From Octopus bimaculoides (lineage: Eukaryota): DNA of 60,664 nt. The notes beneath the pieces were generated by a model. The model had not been told where the DNA came from. It did no database searches and saw nothing but the letters and a program-made list of their open reading frames with translations. The stretch is from positions 23,978,409 to 24,039,072 of the forward strand of contig NC_068987.1 in assembly GCF_001194135.2 (NCBI RefSeq), written 5' to 3'. Each line of letters begins with the position of its first letter. The first letter of the stretch is position 1. Positions 35,583 through 49,110 of the stretch are shown one piece after another. The position numbers and the translations under genes were made by a program.

Positions 35583-37760
35583 GATTTAATTCGGGCCTAC
35601 AATCAAATACCCGTTGAACCGGCCGATGTCCCCAAAACCACAATTGCCATTCCTTTTGGTGCATATCCTTGCGAATGCCGTTTGGATTACGTAATGCAGC
35701 GCAAACATTTCAGCGTTTCATCGACACTGTCACAAGAGGTTTACCCTTCGTCTACGCATATATCGATGATATGCTAGTAGCGAGTGTCTCTGAGGCCGAA
35801 CACGAAGATCACCTCCAACAACTTTTCCAGCGACTGACTCATTATGGCATAGACATTAACACAAGTAAATGCATTTTCGGTGTCTCATCTCTGCCTTTCC
35901 TCGGGTACATCGTTGACAAAGATGGAATTCGTCGTCTGCCTGACAAAGTGGAAACCATAGTGAATTTTCCTATCCCAACATCTCTTTGGAAACTCTGTGA
36001 ATTTTTGAGACTGGTGAATTTCTACCGTTGTTTCTTTCCACACTGCGCCGAAGCAGCTCAACCGCTTACCGAAGTCCTGCGCAACAGACTGGCGAAAAAG
36101 AAGAAGTAAGCAATTACATTATGTGACACACAACTAGCCTCCTTCAACAAGCTAAAGGATATGCTAGCTACAGCTACAATGCTAGTTCATCCCAAACCTG
36201 ATGCTCCATTCACATTACTGGTCGACGCCTCTCAGACTGGAATTGGCGGCATCCTGCAACAGTTTGTGGATGGAATTTGGCAACCACTATCCTTAGCACG
36301 CAGAAGTTAAATACAGCACTTTCGAACGAGAACTACTCACCGCATACCTTTCTGTTAAACATTTTCGCCATATGCTTGAAGGGACTGCCTTCAGCATCTA
36401 CACGGATCACAAACTACTGGTTTATGCTTTTAAAACGAAGAATGACCAACATTCTTTGAGAGAAATCTGTCACCTTGATTTTATCTCTCAATATTCAACC
36501 GACATTCGGTATGTTAAAGGTTCCGATAACACGGCCGCATACACCTTGTCCCGCGCCCATCTTAATGCACTGCATACTTCCGAACCAATTGACTTACAGC
36601 AGATCGCAACGGACCAAGAGTTTGACGAAGAACTTAGTAAGTTACGAAATTCATCGTCCCTCAAATTCCAACTCTGCCCACTATCTTCTTCAACTGGTCA
36701 AATATGGTGTGATGTTTCCACAGGACACAAGCATCCATATGTCCCCGAACAACACAGACGGAAAATTTTCACTGCCTTACACGGTTTGTCACATCCTGGC
36801 GTTCGTCCCACACAGAAGATGATAGCAACTCGCTTTGTGTGGACGAACATCAATAAAGACATCTGCGACTGGGTTAAAAGTTGCATTGCATGTCAATAGG
36901 CAAAAGTACACAGACACGTCAAGTCACCCTTTGGTAATTTTACAGCACCAGACAGTAGTTTCCAACACATCCACATAGACATCGTTGGACCTCTACCTCC
37001 GTCTCACAACTATACACATCTCCTCACTTGTATCGACCGCTTTTCACGATGGCCTAAAGCTTTCCCTCTCTCTGATACCACAGCAGAAACCGTGGCTAAA
37101 GCGCTGATATCACACTGGGTATCGTGTTTTGGTATCCCTGCTATCATCACGACAGACAGAGGAAGACAATTTGACTGCCACCTTTTCAGCGAGCTTACTC
37201 GACTCATCGGTTCCAAACACTTTCGCACTACAGCATACCATCCGGCGGCAAACAGCATGGTGGAGAGATTCCACAGGCAACTGAAATCAGCCATACGGGC
37301 ATACTCTGACATAAACAATTGGATAGACTTCCTTCCATTAATCCTGCTTGGTATCCGTACATCCATCAAGGATGAGAGCGGATACTCACCGGCAAAAATC
37401 GTTTACGGCACCACATTAACCCTGCCTGGACAAATGATTGCTCCAGTAATTCTACAGGATATCCCAGATCCCACAACATATGTGCATCGCCTACGTGCAC
37501 ATATATCACAGCTGTCACCAAACCCACCTCGCCCGCAGGAAACTGATACACATGTCCCCACGGACATTAATCAATGGACACACGTGTTTGTTAGAAATGA
37601 CGGAATACCAGCACAAATCTGCCCACCGTATTCCGGCCCTTACAAAGTACTGCAAAAACGGGAGAAATACTTCGTTGTCGATGTAAATGGTAAACAGAAT
37701 ACTGTTAGTATCAATCGGCTCAAGAAAGCCATCATGGAACCCGATACGGCACCACCATAG
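35583..37760 (+). mobile_element. Ty3/gypsy pol remnant (RT, RNase H, integrase), 5'-truncated, with stops and frameshifts
   Basis: DLIRAYNQIP, RMPFGLRNAAQTFQR, YAYIDD, DASQTGIGG, TDHK, HGLSHPG...[34 protein letters not shown]. Confidence 0.93.
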
Positions 37761-38316
37761 ACTACACATCGAAGTGATATAACTTGTGACACCAATCCAA
37801 AGATGGACAATGTTGTCTGAAAGAGAAATTGATGACTGGAACTTGTTTATTCTTTATTTACACCTGACACTTGCAATATGGCCATGCTAATTGCCAGTGT
37901 TTAATAAAGAGAAAACAGCAAGTAATGTCATGGTCGGGACACATAGAAGAATTAAGTATAACAGATCCTCCAAACCCATGTCAGGATTAACAGCAATAAT
38001 TGATAAAGGTAACAATTCTTGCTGATTTAGAATCCCAAACAAAATCAAATTTTTTTTTTTTTTAGGTGAAATTAAAAGGAACTGAAATATTTCAAAGCAT
38101 CCCAATGAAAAATTTATTGAGATATTTTCAAAGACATTTTCCCTTTTTTAGATATTACAAAGTAACATGTATATTATTCTGGAAAGTAATGTTGCATGTT
38201 TAAGAAAATAAACATGGTGAAAACAAAAAAGTTATTTCTTCAGTCTAGGCATCAGCTGAGCTGTTCCTCTGATTGATTAAAGTCATAATTTCATTTTCTC
38301 CATTTCAGATAACCCA

Positions 38317-39375
38317 TGGATGAACAAAAATTTTAAGGTCACATTCAGCATTGCATGCTGTATGAATTTCATAAAGGCAACACTGCAACAAAAACATATG
38401 CAGTGTTTATCCTGATGGAGTAAGCGGTTGAAAATGTCAGAGATTTTCAAAATTTAAGGTGATTTTGATCTTTCTGGTGGGCATTAATCAGGAAGACCTA
38501 TTGTTCTGGACGATGGCACCTTGAAAGCTGCAGTTGAAGAGGATCCACATCAAAGTATGAAAGAATTGTCCCAAAGAATTAATACACCTTGATCCACCAT
38601 ACAGGAACATGGAAAGGTACTACCATTCATCCTGAATTGAAAAGGTTTGGTAAAGTGTAAAAGGTTGGAAAATGGGTTCCACATGATCTCTCTGCAGACA
38701 ATTATAAACGTGTTGACTGTTGTGCATCACAGCAATCTCATGAATTGCAAATGCCTTTTTTGAACAAAGTCATTATAGGAAATGAAGAATGGATACCTTG
38801 CCATGTTAAGCAAAAATGTTAGTAGCTCTGTCGTAGTGAAAAGGTAGCTCAGCAGCCCAGAAGTGACCAGCATCCAAGGAAGATTCTTCTGAGTGTATGG
38901 TAAGATATGCATGGAATAATTCATCAAAAGCTGCTAGACAATAATCATACAATAACAGCCAATGTATACTGCCAATAGCTAAGATGTCTGAAAATAGCTT
39001 TGTAGCAAAAATGTCCATTAACGAACAGAAAAGGAGTCATCTGTCATCATGATAACACTAAACATCACGCTGCACAAGAGTGCCAGATATCTAGAAGAAT
39101 ATGCTTGGAAAATTATGCAGTGCCCACCATGTTCTCTGGACCTCGTACTTACAGATTAGAAGTTTACAAAATCATTTGAGTGGATGAAGACTTACTTCAA
39201 GAGCAGAAGTCAAAAATGGGTTAATTTCCTTTTTCACTTCTCATTGACAAATGGAAAGAAGTCATAAAGAATGGTGACTATATTAAAGATTAAATAAAAT
39301 CAGATATTGCTTTTTTTTTGGGGGGGGGGGGTTATTAAGCCTTAAAAAATGGACAAAACTTTCATTACAACCTGC
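38317..39375 (+). mobile_element. mariner transposase pseudogene
   Basis: HIQHCMLYEFHKG, SGRPIVLDD, KWVPHDLS, IIGNEEWI, LSVW*DMHGIIH, HHDNTKHH, PPCSLDL. Decayed right TIR at about 39345-39375. Confidence 0.85.
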
Positions 39376-39384
39376 TATAAAGAA

Positions 39385-39810
39385 GAGAGTGAAAAAGGTT
39401 TATAGTGAAATCCAGTCTGAAAATAGTGATTTATATCCTTATACACAAGTATATATAGAGAATAATGTCTATATTAAAAGATTCATACAAACTAGCTGCA
39501 GCATTTAACATAAATTACTTGGCACTATTCTGAAATTGAGCAACTATGAAATTTGTAATAAAATAAGTCTGCTATAAAACACTCCAGTTGTAATAAACGT
39601 GCTGTCTGCAGAGGTGTCATTCAATTGATCAATGATACACAATTAAATGACAGTAATTATTTCTGTAATATTGTAAAACATTCATTGTGAATGGTTGATT
39701 AATCTTACCACAAATGTATTGTGACAGGAAAGGAATCATATTACTGTGATATCAGTTGTAAAACATTCTCTTCCAAAGGTGACTTATATTGCTGCATGCA
39801 AATAAAAATA
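39385..39810 (+). pseudogene. C2H2 zinc-finger pseudogene (leader plus 2 decayed fingers)
   Basis: KVYSEIQSENSDLYPYTQ leader (27-nt motif at 39407-39433), and HKCIVTGKESYYCDISCKTFSSKGDL. Confidence 0.7.
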
Positions 39811-39861
39811 ATGCAGCAGTAATTTTATAAGTATTTAATCAATTTAATATATAAAACTATT

Positions 39862-39935
39862 TAGTCTTTAGTGTAGACTGATGAGGAAAAGTTGACTAAT
39901 TAGTCTTCAGTGTAGACTAATGAGGAAAAGCTGAA
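39862..39935. repeat. 39-bp tandem duplication
   Basis: tagtctt[t/c]agtgtagact[g/a]atgaggaaaag[t/c]tga occurs twice. Confidence 0.85.
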
Positions 39936-40085
39936 CACCTCAACAATTAATTAATGAAGGTTAGTTTTTAGTAGCTTGTTTATCAAGAATTTCTTCATGT
40001 TAGGTCACTCTCTTTTTCAGGTGTAACTTTAATGACTTGTCCAACCTTCACTTAAATCAACCTTTGATCTAATTTCAAGTTAGTA

Positions 40086-40925
40086 CAGTGCTCCCTCTTT
40101 ATAAGGCATCTCGCTATACCACGTCCCTGCATATAACATGGGTGGTTTGATGGACCCCTAATAATTTGAAGCAGAATTTCCCTCAGCAAAAACCTTGATT
40201 AAAAGCAGAATTTCAGCAAATTTCAACAAAATACATACATACCTTAATGAACAGCTTGAAAATATTGCCATATAACTGGGTGCTAATTACATGTTTTGTG
40301 TGCATAATTTCTTTGATTTTGTGATGAAAACAACACCTTTTTGACCAGTGAACACTTTTGACAGTTTGTTTTCCATGATTTGATTGGATTGTTTGAGGAA
40401 GCTTCTGCCAATCAAAGGCTTCAAATGAGTCAAACAGATTAATACTTAAAGGAAGTAATTAACACCCTGGAGGTACAATTTATATAAAGAGAGACCATAT
40501 TCCACTTCATTCATTACAATTTCAAGCTACCTTGCAGATATTTTTTTTTTAAATTTGCCGTATGAAAACACAATGCCTAAGAGGAAATCCTATTCTGTAA
40601 TGGAAAAGTTAGATCTGGTTGACAGTATACGAAATGATGGATTCAAAGTCAAACTATCAAGAGAGACTGGCATTCCAGAGTCCACCCTGCATGGTTGGGT
40701 TAAGGATGAGGCTAACCTCACAAATTATGTAAATACAGTTGTGGACAGCGAGGGCTTAGCTAGGAAGAAGGCCAGGACTGCCACTGACAGTTAACTTGAG
40801 AAAGCAGTTTTCACCTGGTTTGTCCAGGAGTAGAATGGCAGCACCCCACTGTCAGGTGCCATTATCAGAACCCAGGCAGAGAAGTTTTATAGGCAGCTGC
40901 ATCCAGAGCAACCTGACCAGCAGAG
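40086..40925 (+). mobile_element. Tigger/pogo element 5' half with a CENP-B-like HTH transposase remnant
   Basis: TA-CAGTGCTCCCTC terminus; MPKRKSYSVMEKLDLV...ETGIPESTLHGW...LEKAVFTWFVQE*NGSTPLSGAIIRTQAEKF. Confidence 0.8.
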
Positions 40926-41149
40926 TCCTGGTTTAGAACAGATGACCAAATAAAAGTAGTGTAGGATTTTCGGCTTGTGTATTCTTGCACTGAGTGAGTG
41001 CTACACAATTTCCTTACATCAATTTATTCAGGAACAAGAAAAGCGTCCGAACAATAACACACTTTATTGATTATGTATAATATGTACAATTTAGTCAGTC
41101 AGCAAAACAATATAATGAAGGGAGAGAATGAAGAGATGAATGAAGCTTC

Positions 41150-42520
41150 AAAATCTGGTTGAAGGGAAATAAGCGCTTTGTAATGAGAGTTGAAATGACG
41201 TTGCCTACACCACCAAGAACAGAAACAACACTATCACCACCACCAACAGCAACAACTCCAAAGGAAGAACTGAAAAACGAAAAGACTCATTACCCACCAC
41301 AAAAAACCCAAACACCACATCCCCACTGTCACCAACACAACTTTCGATAGGAACATGCTCAGAATAAGTTGTATAAATGTACGTGGCTTGGGGTCGCCTT
41401 GGAAACAAGGCTACCTGTTAAATGACATCAAGTCACAGAACATGCATATCATAGCCATCAGTGGGACCAGACTCCGGTACTGCAGTGCTTCTTCGGAAGA
41501 ATCTGGACCTCAAAATAAGAGCAATATTCCTAGAACCTGAGGGTAGGCTGGTCGTCATGGATGTTGATGGCAGTAATGGGTATGCTTTTCGACTGATAAC
41601 TTATGTACCGTCCTTAACAGGTCAACCGGGTTTCTTTTGACGCCTAGAGGTTTTCCTGGGAAAGTCTCAATCTTTACTTTTAGTGAGGGATTGGAATGCT
41701 ACCTTGGACACGCATCTAGACTACATGGGCAGAGATAGTAATAGAAGGGGATGTAAATGCCTCAAAGATTTGCCCAGACGTTTCCAACTGGACCACCCAA
41801 ATGTACCAATGTGGACATGGAGCAACCTCATCGGGTCGTCCAGATTGTGTTTAGATAGAGTATTCTGTAGGACAGTGGATAGGGATATCCCATATAGTCA
41901 GCTACACAGATCACAAATTTGTGACTTGTATGCTTGACTTAGATAAGAGCCACAGGCAGGGTCCCGGTTACTGGAAGCTGAACACGTCGTTCACGGCACG
42001 CCAGGCTTACAGGGACTGGATTAGCACATTAGTAAAGAGAGCATTGACGGGCACCATCAACAATAGGTGGTGGTATGCCCTAAAGAAAGCAATTAAAGCA
42101 GAATTGGTTAGGTATAGTAAGGCTCTAGTATTAGACCGAAATAGAATAGAGGGAGGCTGAGTTAAGAAATTAGAAGGGGCACTTAGAACTGGCATCATGT
42201 CCAACGTACTGGTGGCAAGGTTGGCCCTCGACCAACACTTCAATGTTAAACATGAAGGATGCGTTGTCAGAGCTATGATGTGTGCTCTGAGGAACGAAGG
42301 AGTTGGAGCTGCCTGAGAGGTGGAGGCACAACGAAGCAACAAAGTCTCTGACAGATGAACAAGGGCCTTTCAACAACACTTTGCATGACTGTTCAGGACA
42401 ACTGGTGGATCAGAATGCAGGGTGGACTTTAGTGCCTACCTGCATGGCCTGCCACAACTCTCGGCAAGAGAGGTGGAGTGTTGTGAAAGACCCATCACAA
42501 ACGCGGACATACAGGATGCT
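41150..42520 (+). mobile_element. Tx1/L1-type LINE fragment (ORF1 tail, AP endonuclease, start of the RT region)
   Basis: MLRISCINVRGL, DWNATLD, WTWSN, LDRVF, GPGYWKLN, CERPIT; multiple stops and frameshifts. Confidence 0.85.
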
Positions 42521-42557
42521 GCATATTTATTTCTAAAGGAGAAGGAAGTGTTTCTCC

Positions 42558-42900
42558 AAAACTCTGCTCTCTCTTATCAGAAAGTATATAAAACCAAGAA
42601 CTATCCATTCTGATTGTTGGAGTGGATTTAATGGNNNNNNNNNNNNNNNNNNNNNNNNNNNNNNNNNNNNNNNNNNNNNNNNNNNNNNNNNNNNNNNNNN
42701 NNNNNNNNNNNNNNNNNNNNNNNNNNNNNNNNNNNNNNNNNNNNNNNNNNNNNNNNNNNNNNNNNNNNNNNNNNAGTTGAATGTTACTGGAAAAATGCAA
42801 AACGCAGATTCAAGAGTATGATGGGAGTACACACAAATATGATTGAATCCCATCTAGATGAGTTTCTTTGGAGGGAAAAATATGGGAAAATTGGGGATTA
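42558..42900 (+). mobile_element. Merlin (IS1595/ISXO2-like) transposase fragment 1, spanning an N-gap
   Basis: KTLLSLIRKYIKPRTIHSDCWSGFN before the gap; VECYWKNAKRRFKSMMGVHTNMIESHLDEFLWREKYG after it. Confidence 0.8.
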
Positions 42901-43516
42901 ATGTTTTCAGAATGGGGTCTGGACAAAAGCACCATGGTTATACTTTTCAGTTGTTTTTAGAATTTTTTGTTGAATGTATCAACCCCAGAATTTTTTTTAA
43001 TTTGCTGCAGTTATTAGACTGCAGCCGGCCATGATCCACTACTGGCCAAAGAGGCATGAAAGAAATTTCTGCCCTATCAAAAAGGATTGGATGGATTTCC
43101 ATTCGACTGCAACCGGAGTTGTATCACTGAAGGTTCAAGTGGACAGCAGGTGACCTACATAGGTAGAAATTACTCTTATGGTATGTCTGTCTGTTCTCCT
43201 AGCTAGGATGATGCAAGTGTCAAACGGTCAACAGACAGCAGTTAACTTGCACCAGTCAAGCAGCCAACACAGAACCACATATTCAGCATGAATGACACAA
43301 CATAGTAGCAGTCACAGAACATAAAACGATATGACTGAATGACCAATGGACACACAGACACAACACATGCCCGGTTCTACCTCATCACATTAACACAATA
43401 TTTCTTCTGTTCATTTTTACTTCGCCAACTTGAAACAAGTTGGTAATGTCATGTATCAGCTTTCCTTGAGTATCCAACATGTAAATGCATGTGTTGATCA
43501 AATAAACTATTTAAAC

Positions 43517-43730
43517 CAGTGCTACTCAAAGTGGTGGTCCACGAGCCATCAGCTGCCAGTACACAGCGAGAGTCCAGAAAAGAACGAATGCCTAAAATGC
43601 TTATGTAATATTGTATTGTTTGTTTACAAAATAAATATGAGATAAAAAAAGATTGTGAACTTTTATTATATTCATTATATATATTGTTTCTGGTATAAAT
43701 TAATATTACTAAGAAATATTACCAGTACTA
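43517..43730 (+). mobile_element. hAT-Charlie (MER5-like) MITE, partial
   Basis: Terminus CAGTGCTACTCAAAGTGGTGGTCC preceded by tttaaac; no second TIR found. Confidence 0.5.
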
Positions 43731-43764
43731 CTTAAATATAGAGGTCCTGGTGTATCCCATAATG

Positions 43765-44270
43765 ATTCCAGTATTTCAGGGATATTTGTTCAAATTGGCT
43801 GCTACAAAATAATCTGCAAACAGGAGGGCCAGGTGTTATCATTCAAATAGATGAATCATTGATTGCTAAACAAAAGTACAACGTCGGAAGAACAGTAACA
43901 CAAAGATGGGTATTTGGTGGAATCGACTCTGGTACCAAAAGGGTTTCATACTTTTGGTAGATGATCGTAAGAATGAAACACTTTTGCCACCCATTCAAAA
44001 GTACATTCTCGACGGAATTATCATTTACAGCGATGAATGGGCTGCATATGGTGGTATACCAGGAGTGAGTGGTATATCTATGTTGCCAAACAATTATACA
44101 CATGTTCGAGTAACTCACCACCACCATTTTGTTGACCCTGCAACAGGTGCTCATACAAATCTCGTCAAGAACATGTAGAAGAATTGCAAAAGAAGCTTTA
44201 AAAAAATGTGTAGTGTGCACAATTCGACTATTGAATCACACCTCGACGAATTTATGTGGAGAATGATGAA
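43765..44270 (+). mobile_element. Merlin (IS1595/ISXO2-like) transposase pseudogene fragment 2
   Basis: GGPGVIIQIDES...KYNVGR...WVFGGI/TLLP.IQKYI...SDEWAAY...HFVDPATGAHTN...*K...HLDEFMWR; one frameshift and one stop. Confidence 0.88.
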
Positions 44271-44499
44271 TATTGAAGCCATCCATTCACTACTTGCGCA
44301 CATGGGCCAGTGGTACAACCCAAACATATAACTATTTATTTATTCAAAATAAAAATGAAACTTGACTGTATTGCTTTATAATTACTTTCGCAATCAATTA
44401 TAATAATGAGCTTGTTTGTAAGTTTGTCCAAAATCACGCAATAAGTCGTTTGTATTTTGATTGCTTCACCGAAAGGTTAGTTGTTTTGCTTTGTTTGCT

Positions 44500-47400
44500 G
44501 TTGTTATTGTTGTAAATTGTGTTTGCTTGTTCCCGTAAGGGTGATTTTGTTTTTATTTTATTTGTACTGTGAACTGTGATCCTCCCCCTTCGGGGGAAGG
44601 AATATTGTACTTAACTGAACTGTGCTGGTGTTAAACCAAACTATTATCTCACCGTTAGACGGAATTGTGTTGTGTTCAAAAAAAAGGAAATGGCTTCTAC
44701 AGAGGTCCAAAATAGTATGAATTTTGCAGCGGCCGTCGGTGGTCGTGAAATGATTCAATTTAAAATTGAGGAAATACAGACTTTTTACGGGATGATAACA
44801 GAAAAAGATGGTGAGGCTAAGATCTCACCTCCAAGCGAATTACAAAATAAAATAAAAGAACATACAATTATTTACAAAACTTACAATTCGGAGACAAAGA
44901 AATTTGAACATTTGGAGGAGGGGACAATTGAAACATGTCTTGGTTCAACAATGAATGAAATTGAATACTTGACAAGAAGAACGAAATTTGCAACTGTGGA
45001 AGCAAGGTTTGAGTCGTCAGAACGTGCAAGAAAATATTCGACTCGGATCTTGCAAAGTGGAAACATACTGTTGCTACCATTATACCTGGGATGGAGAACA
45101 TCCAGGATTAAAATTAAAAACATCCCCCCTGAAGCAGAGGTAGCGTGGATTTTGGCCACCCTCCTCTGCAAGAGAGAGGAGAAAATCAAGATAATACGGA
45201 TAACACAAGACGGTCCACAAAATTGGTGAGGCCAGACCCTGGAGATTCTGGCCCAAGCCACAAGCATTGACCTTGAGGATTTACCTGAAATTATTGTAAT
45301 GGATGACATGAACATCCCTATTCATGTCGAAGGGAGAAAACCAAAGTGCTACAAGTGCAGCAAGAAGGGCCATATAAAAGAGAAGTGCCCCAAAAACAAC
45401 AAATCAGACCAACTTACCCTGTTCCCTCCACCTCCAAGGAAGATACCCCAAGGACAAAAAAACAGATTCCCCGAAAAAAGTTCGAGCTAAAATACCCAAG
45501 CCCTCTAACACAGAAAAGAAAAAAAAGAAAATGTCCTTCACAAGCATACCCATAAACATCCCCAAATCCAGTGATTTAGTAACAGTGGTTTATAAAGCCA
45601 AGAACATTTATTTAGATGGGGTCATTAGACCCCATCGAGACTCCCTAGTTTATAGAAATAACTACAATCAAAGCCCTATCGTAAGAGCAAAAATTGCTAG
45701 TACATTATTTTTCGACATGTCGAAACTACATCCCAAAGACATATATTTATTAAAAAATCTAAAAAAAGGTGTTCGACCCGCCGGTGGAACCATTCTTAGA
45801 TGAAAAGGAGGTGTGTAGGGGAATGGTCTCAAATGTTTTGAGAACCATTCCCCTAACAAGATAAATTAGGGTAAGTAGCTTTCTTTTCTTCTGTGACTCG
45901 TGATGATTGCGTTGGATATTGCTTGTTTGAATGTGTGGCCTGAACTCGAAGAGGAAGCAGGCATGCCTCCTCGACAACCTCAGGTCACATGATATAGATG
46001 TGATGGTTGTTACAGAGACCAAGCTGCAGGCCTTCTCCTAGCCGGGAGGGAGGGAGCAGAGGGGTGGCTGTCTTGATCCGTAAAAGCTTGGTCATGCAGG
46101 TAAGTACAATCTTCGTGGACCCAGAAGGCAAGTTGGTCGTTCTGGATCTAACATAAAGTGGTAAGACCTTCAGGCTGGTGAGCATCTACGCGCCTAGTAA
46201 TGCAGGCAAACAGGTTGGCTTCTTTCATCGCCTGGAGAATTTCCTGGTAACATCAAAGACAGTAGTGGTACTAGGTGACTTCAACGCTATACTGGATGCA
46301 TGCCTGGATAGCATGGGCTCAACCGACAGAAAAGGAAACTCTTGCTTCATCGATCTTCTGAAGCGTTTCAGGCTGGCAGATCGATACAGGCTTGACCATC
46401 CGAACACTCCAGTGTGAACCTGGACAAGAAGTGACGGAATGGTCAGGTCTTACATAGACAGGATAGTGGTAAGCACTAGAGATAGACACAGTTTCAGTTG
46501 TCCACAATTTACATACGTACCCTACACAGATCGCAGGTTAGTGACATTTAGGGTGGTTATAGATAAGATACATAGACAGGGATCTGGCTACTGGAAGTTG
46601 AACAAGACTTTATTGGATTGCGAGGCTTACCGTAGCCAGATTAAAGAGTTACTTCAATGCCAAACACGAAGGATGCAGAGTCCGAGCTAGGACATGTGCA
46701 ATGGGCCGTGAAGGTATCAATGTTGCTAGATGGGCTCGCTGGGAAGAAACCCGTCGTGGTATCGATGCTACGATCGGATCTTTGATAGATGAGTCTGGAC
46801 AGGAAATGCGCAAGGCCTTTCACAAGCACTTTGCCACGTTGTTTAGGAGGGGTGGGATGTTGGACCATGGGGATGCCTTACAACATTTTCTGGACGGCAG
46901 CCCGTGTCTTTTGACTCGTGACGCTGAGCGCTGCGAAGGACCAATCAGAGCCAAAGAGATCAGAGAGGTGCTGTCTGAGAGCCCCAGGGATAAGTCGCCA
47001 GGTCTGGATGGTCTTCCCTATGAATTTTACAGTAGCATGCCAAACTTGTTCGGGGACATACTGGCGAGTGTGTACGCGAATTGGCAGGATTCCCAAAGCT
47101 GTGAGCCGACACTGGTCAGGAAGGACCCGAGCAAAGGGGATAACATTAATAACTTTTGGCCCTTAATTCTGTTAAACACAGAGCTAAAGATTTTGGCCAA
47201 GGTGCTCGCAGAAAGAGTTAGGGTTGTCGTGGGCAACCTGGTGGGGGAAGCACAGACATGTGCCATCCCAGGAAGGACGATACAGGACAACCTTCACCTC
47301 ATTCGCTACACCATAAAGTGGGTGGGTAAAATGCATGGTAATGGTGATTTTGGACCAGTCTAAGGCGTTCGATAGGGTTGACCACGGATACCTGGTAGCA

Positions 47401-49069
47401 GTCCTTCGGGCGGCCGGATTTGGCCCGACCTTCTGAGGCTGGACTAAAGCCACGTACGGCAACATCGAATCAACAGTCCGGGTGAATGGGTTCCTTTCGA
47501 ACCCCTTCGCAATTGAGTGTTCGGTTCGTCAGGGCTGACCCGTCCCCGATTCTGTACGTGTTGGCGCTTGAGCCATTACTGCGTAAGTTGAGGGACGTGG
47601 GGGCAGACCCACATGATCTTTGTAACGGAAGGAATGTGACGGCATACGCAGATGACGTCACCATCATCATGTTGGATGAAGAGCGTCTACCTCGCATAGA
47701 GGACGCCATCAAAGGATACGAGACAGTGGCAGGGGCGAAAATTAACCAGGAAAAATCAGTCGGCTTGCAACTCGGCACCTGGAGAGGCAAGTCAATGCCT
47801 CCCAACACCGTCGTCAGGCGCTGGACAGAGGGCCGGACCTCCAGATGGAGAAGAACTGGAGTGAGGTGGCGAGCAAGGTGACAGTCATAGCCCAGAAGTG
47901 GTCTGGGAGGAGGTTATCCTTGTTGGGAAGGGCGGAGGTTGCACAGGTGTTCATAGCATCTGTGATAACCTACCGCCTAATCGTCTTGAGCTGGAGATGC
48001 CCTGGCTGATGATGCGCAAGCACGCGCTGAGGCTGAGACAACTCCGGTGCCACCTGGATGGTGAGCAGGTGTGGTCAACGCTTGTCGAGCAGGATTTCCC
48101 AAAGTATAGGTCCCTGAGGGACTTAGGAACATGGATCAGACGAAGACCCAAGATGAGAGAATGGCAGGTGGAGTGCAAACAAGNNNNNNNNNNNNNNNNN
48201 NNNNNNNNNNNNNNNNNNNNNNNNNNNNNNNNNNNNNNNNNNNNNNNNNNNNNNNNNNNNNNNNNNNNNNNNNNNNNNNNNNNNNNNNNNNNNNNNNNNN
48301 NNNNNNNNNNNNNNNNNNNNNNAATGCTAGCAGCAGGGTTACCACAGCAGATATTTATAGCGGGTTGGTAGATCTCAAGTTTGATGATGTCCTGGGGGAG
48401 ACTCTGGGCTTCGACAAGAAGCAGCTAACCAGCCTGTTCGGGAGGACCTTCGGGTCGAGACTCCTGGATAATTACAAGAAATCCTTGGCCTGGCTGTGCT
48501 ACTGATCAGCCTTACCGGTTCGGGAAAGATTCTTAAGACACCTCACCCACATGTCCGAAGTGCGGGCGAGCCAGTGAAACGGTGACGCACGCCTTCGTAC
48601 ACTGTGGGGAGCTGAGTGATTTGATAACCTATGCCAAACAACTGATGTCGGATACAGAAGGAGTACGACTCTCGACTGAGTCCATGATTAAGATGGTACC
48701 GCCTTCCTCCTTTTCCAAAGAGAGGAAGGTAGCATTTTTCTGCGTAATAACTATATTGAAAGAAACGGTATGGAGGACGCGTTCGGAAGGAATTGGGACA
48801 GGTCAGTTCATCCCCAGACGAGGGCTGGTGAACTACTTCACCGCCTATCTTGTTTCCCAGATCCGTCTGGAGAGGAGGAGCCTGTCGCAAAGAGTATTTT
48901 CAAAAAGATGGAAGGATGTCGTAAGAAAGTTGTGTATGCAAGGGGCCATGCCAGCGCGATCGGACAGGGCATAGAAGGAAAAGATTGCTTTTCCTCTTTC
49001 TTGACCTCTTCTCGCCAATATTGTTCCCAATTGAATTTAAGTTTTGATAGTAGTGTGTTACAGGCTTTC

Positions 49070-49110
<41 letters not shown>

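Noticed and set aside
37760-37900. 3' LTR or polypurine tract after the gypsy integrase
   Set aside because: None visible; the element appears 3'-truncated.
39876-39915. CTGATGAGGAAA followed by the palindrome gactaattagtc, as a hammerhead ribozyme
   Set aside because: No room for stem II and no stem I pairing; it lies in a simple 39-bp duplication.
40950-41140. Possible minus-strand LTR end (AATAAA, LTR-like composition)
   Set aside because: No TG...CA terminus, PBS or polypurine tract could be identified.
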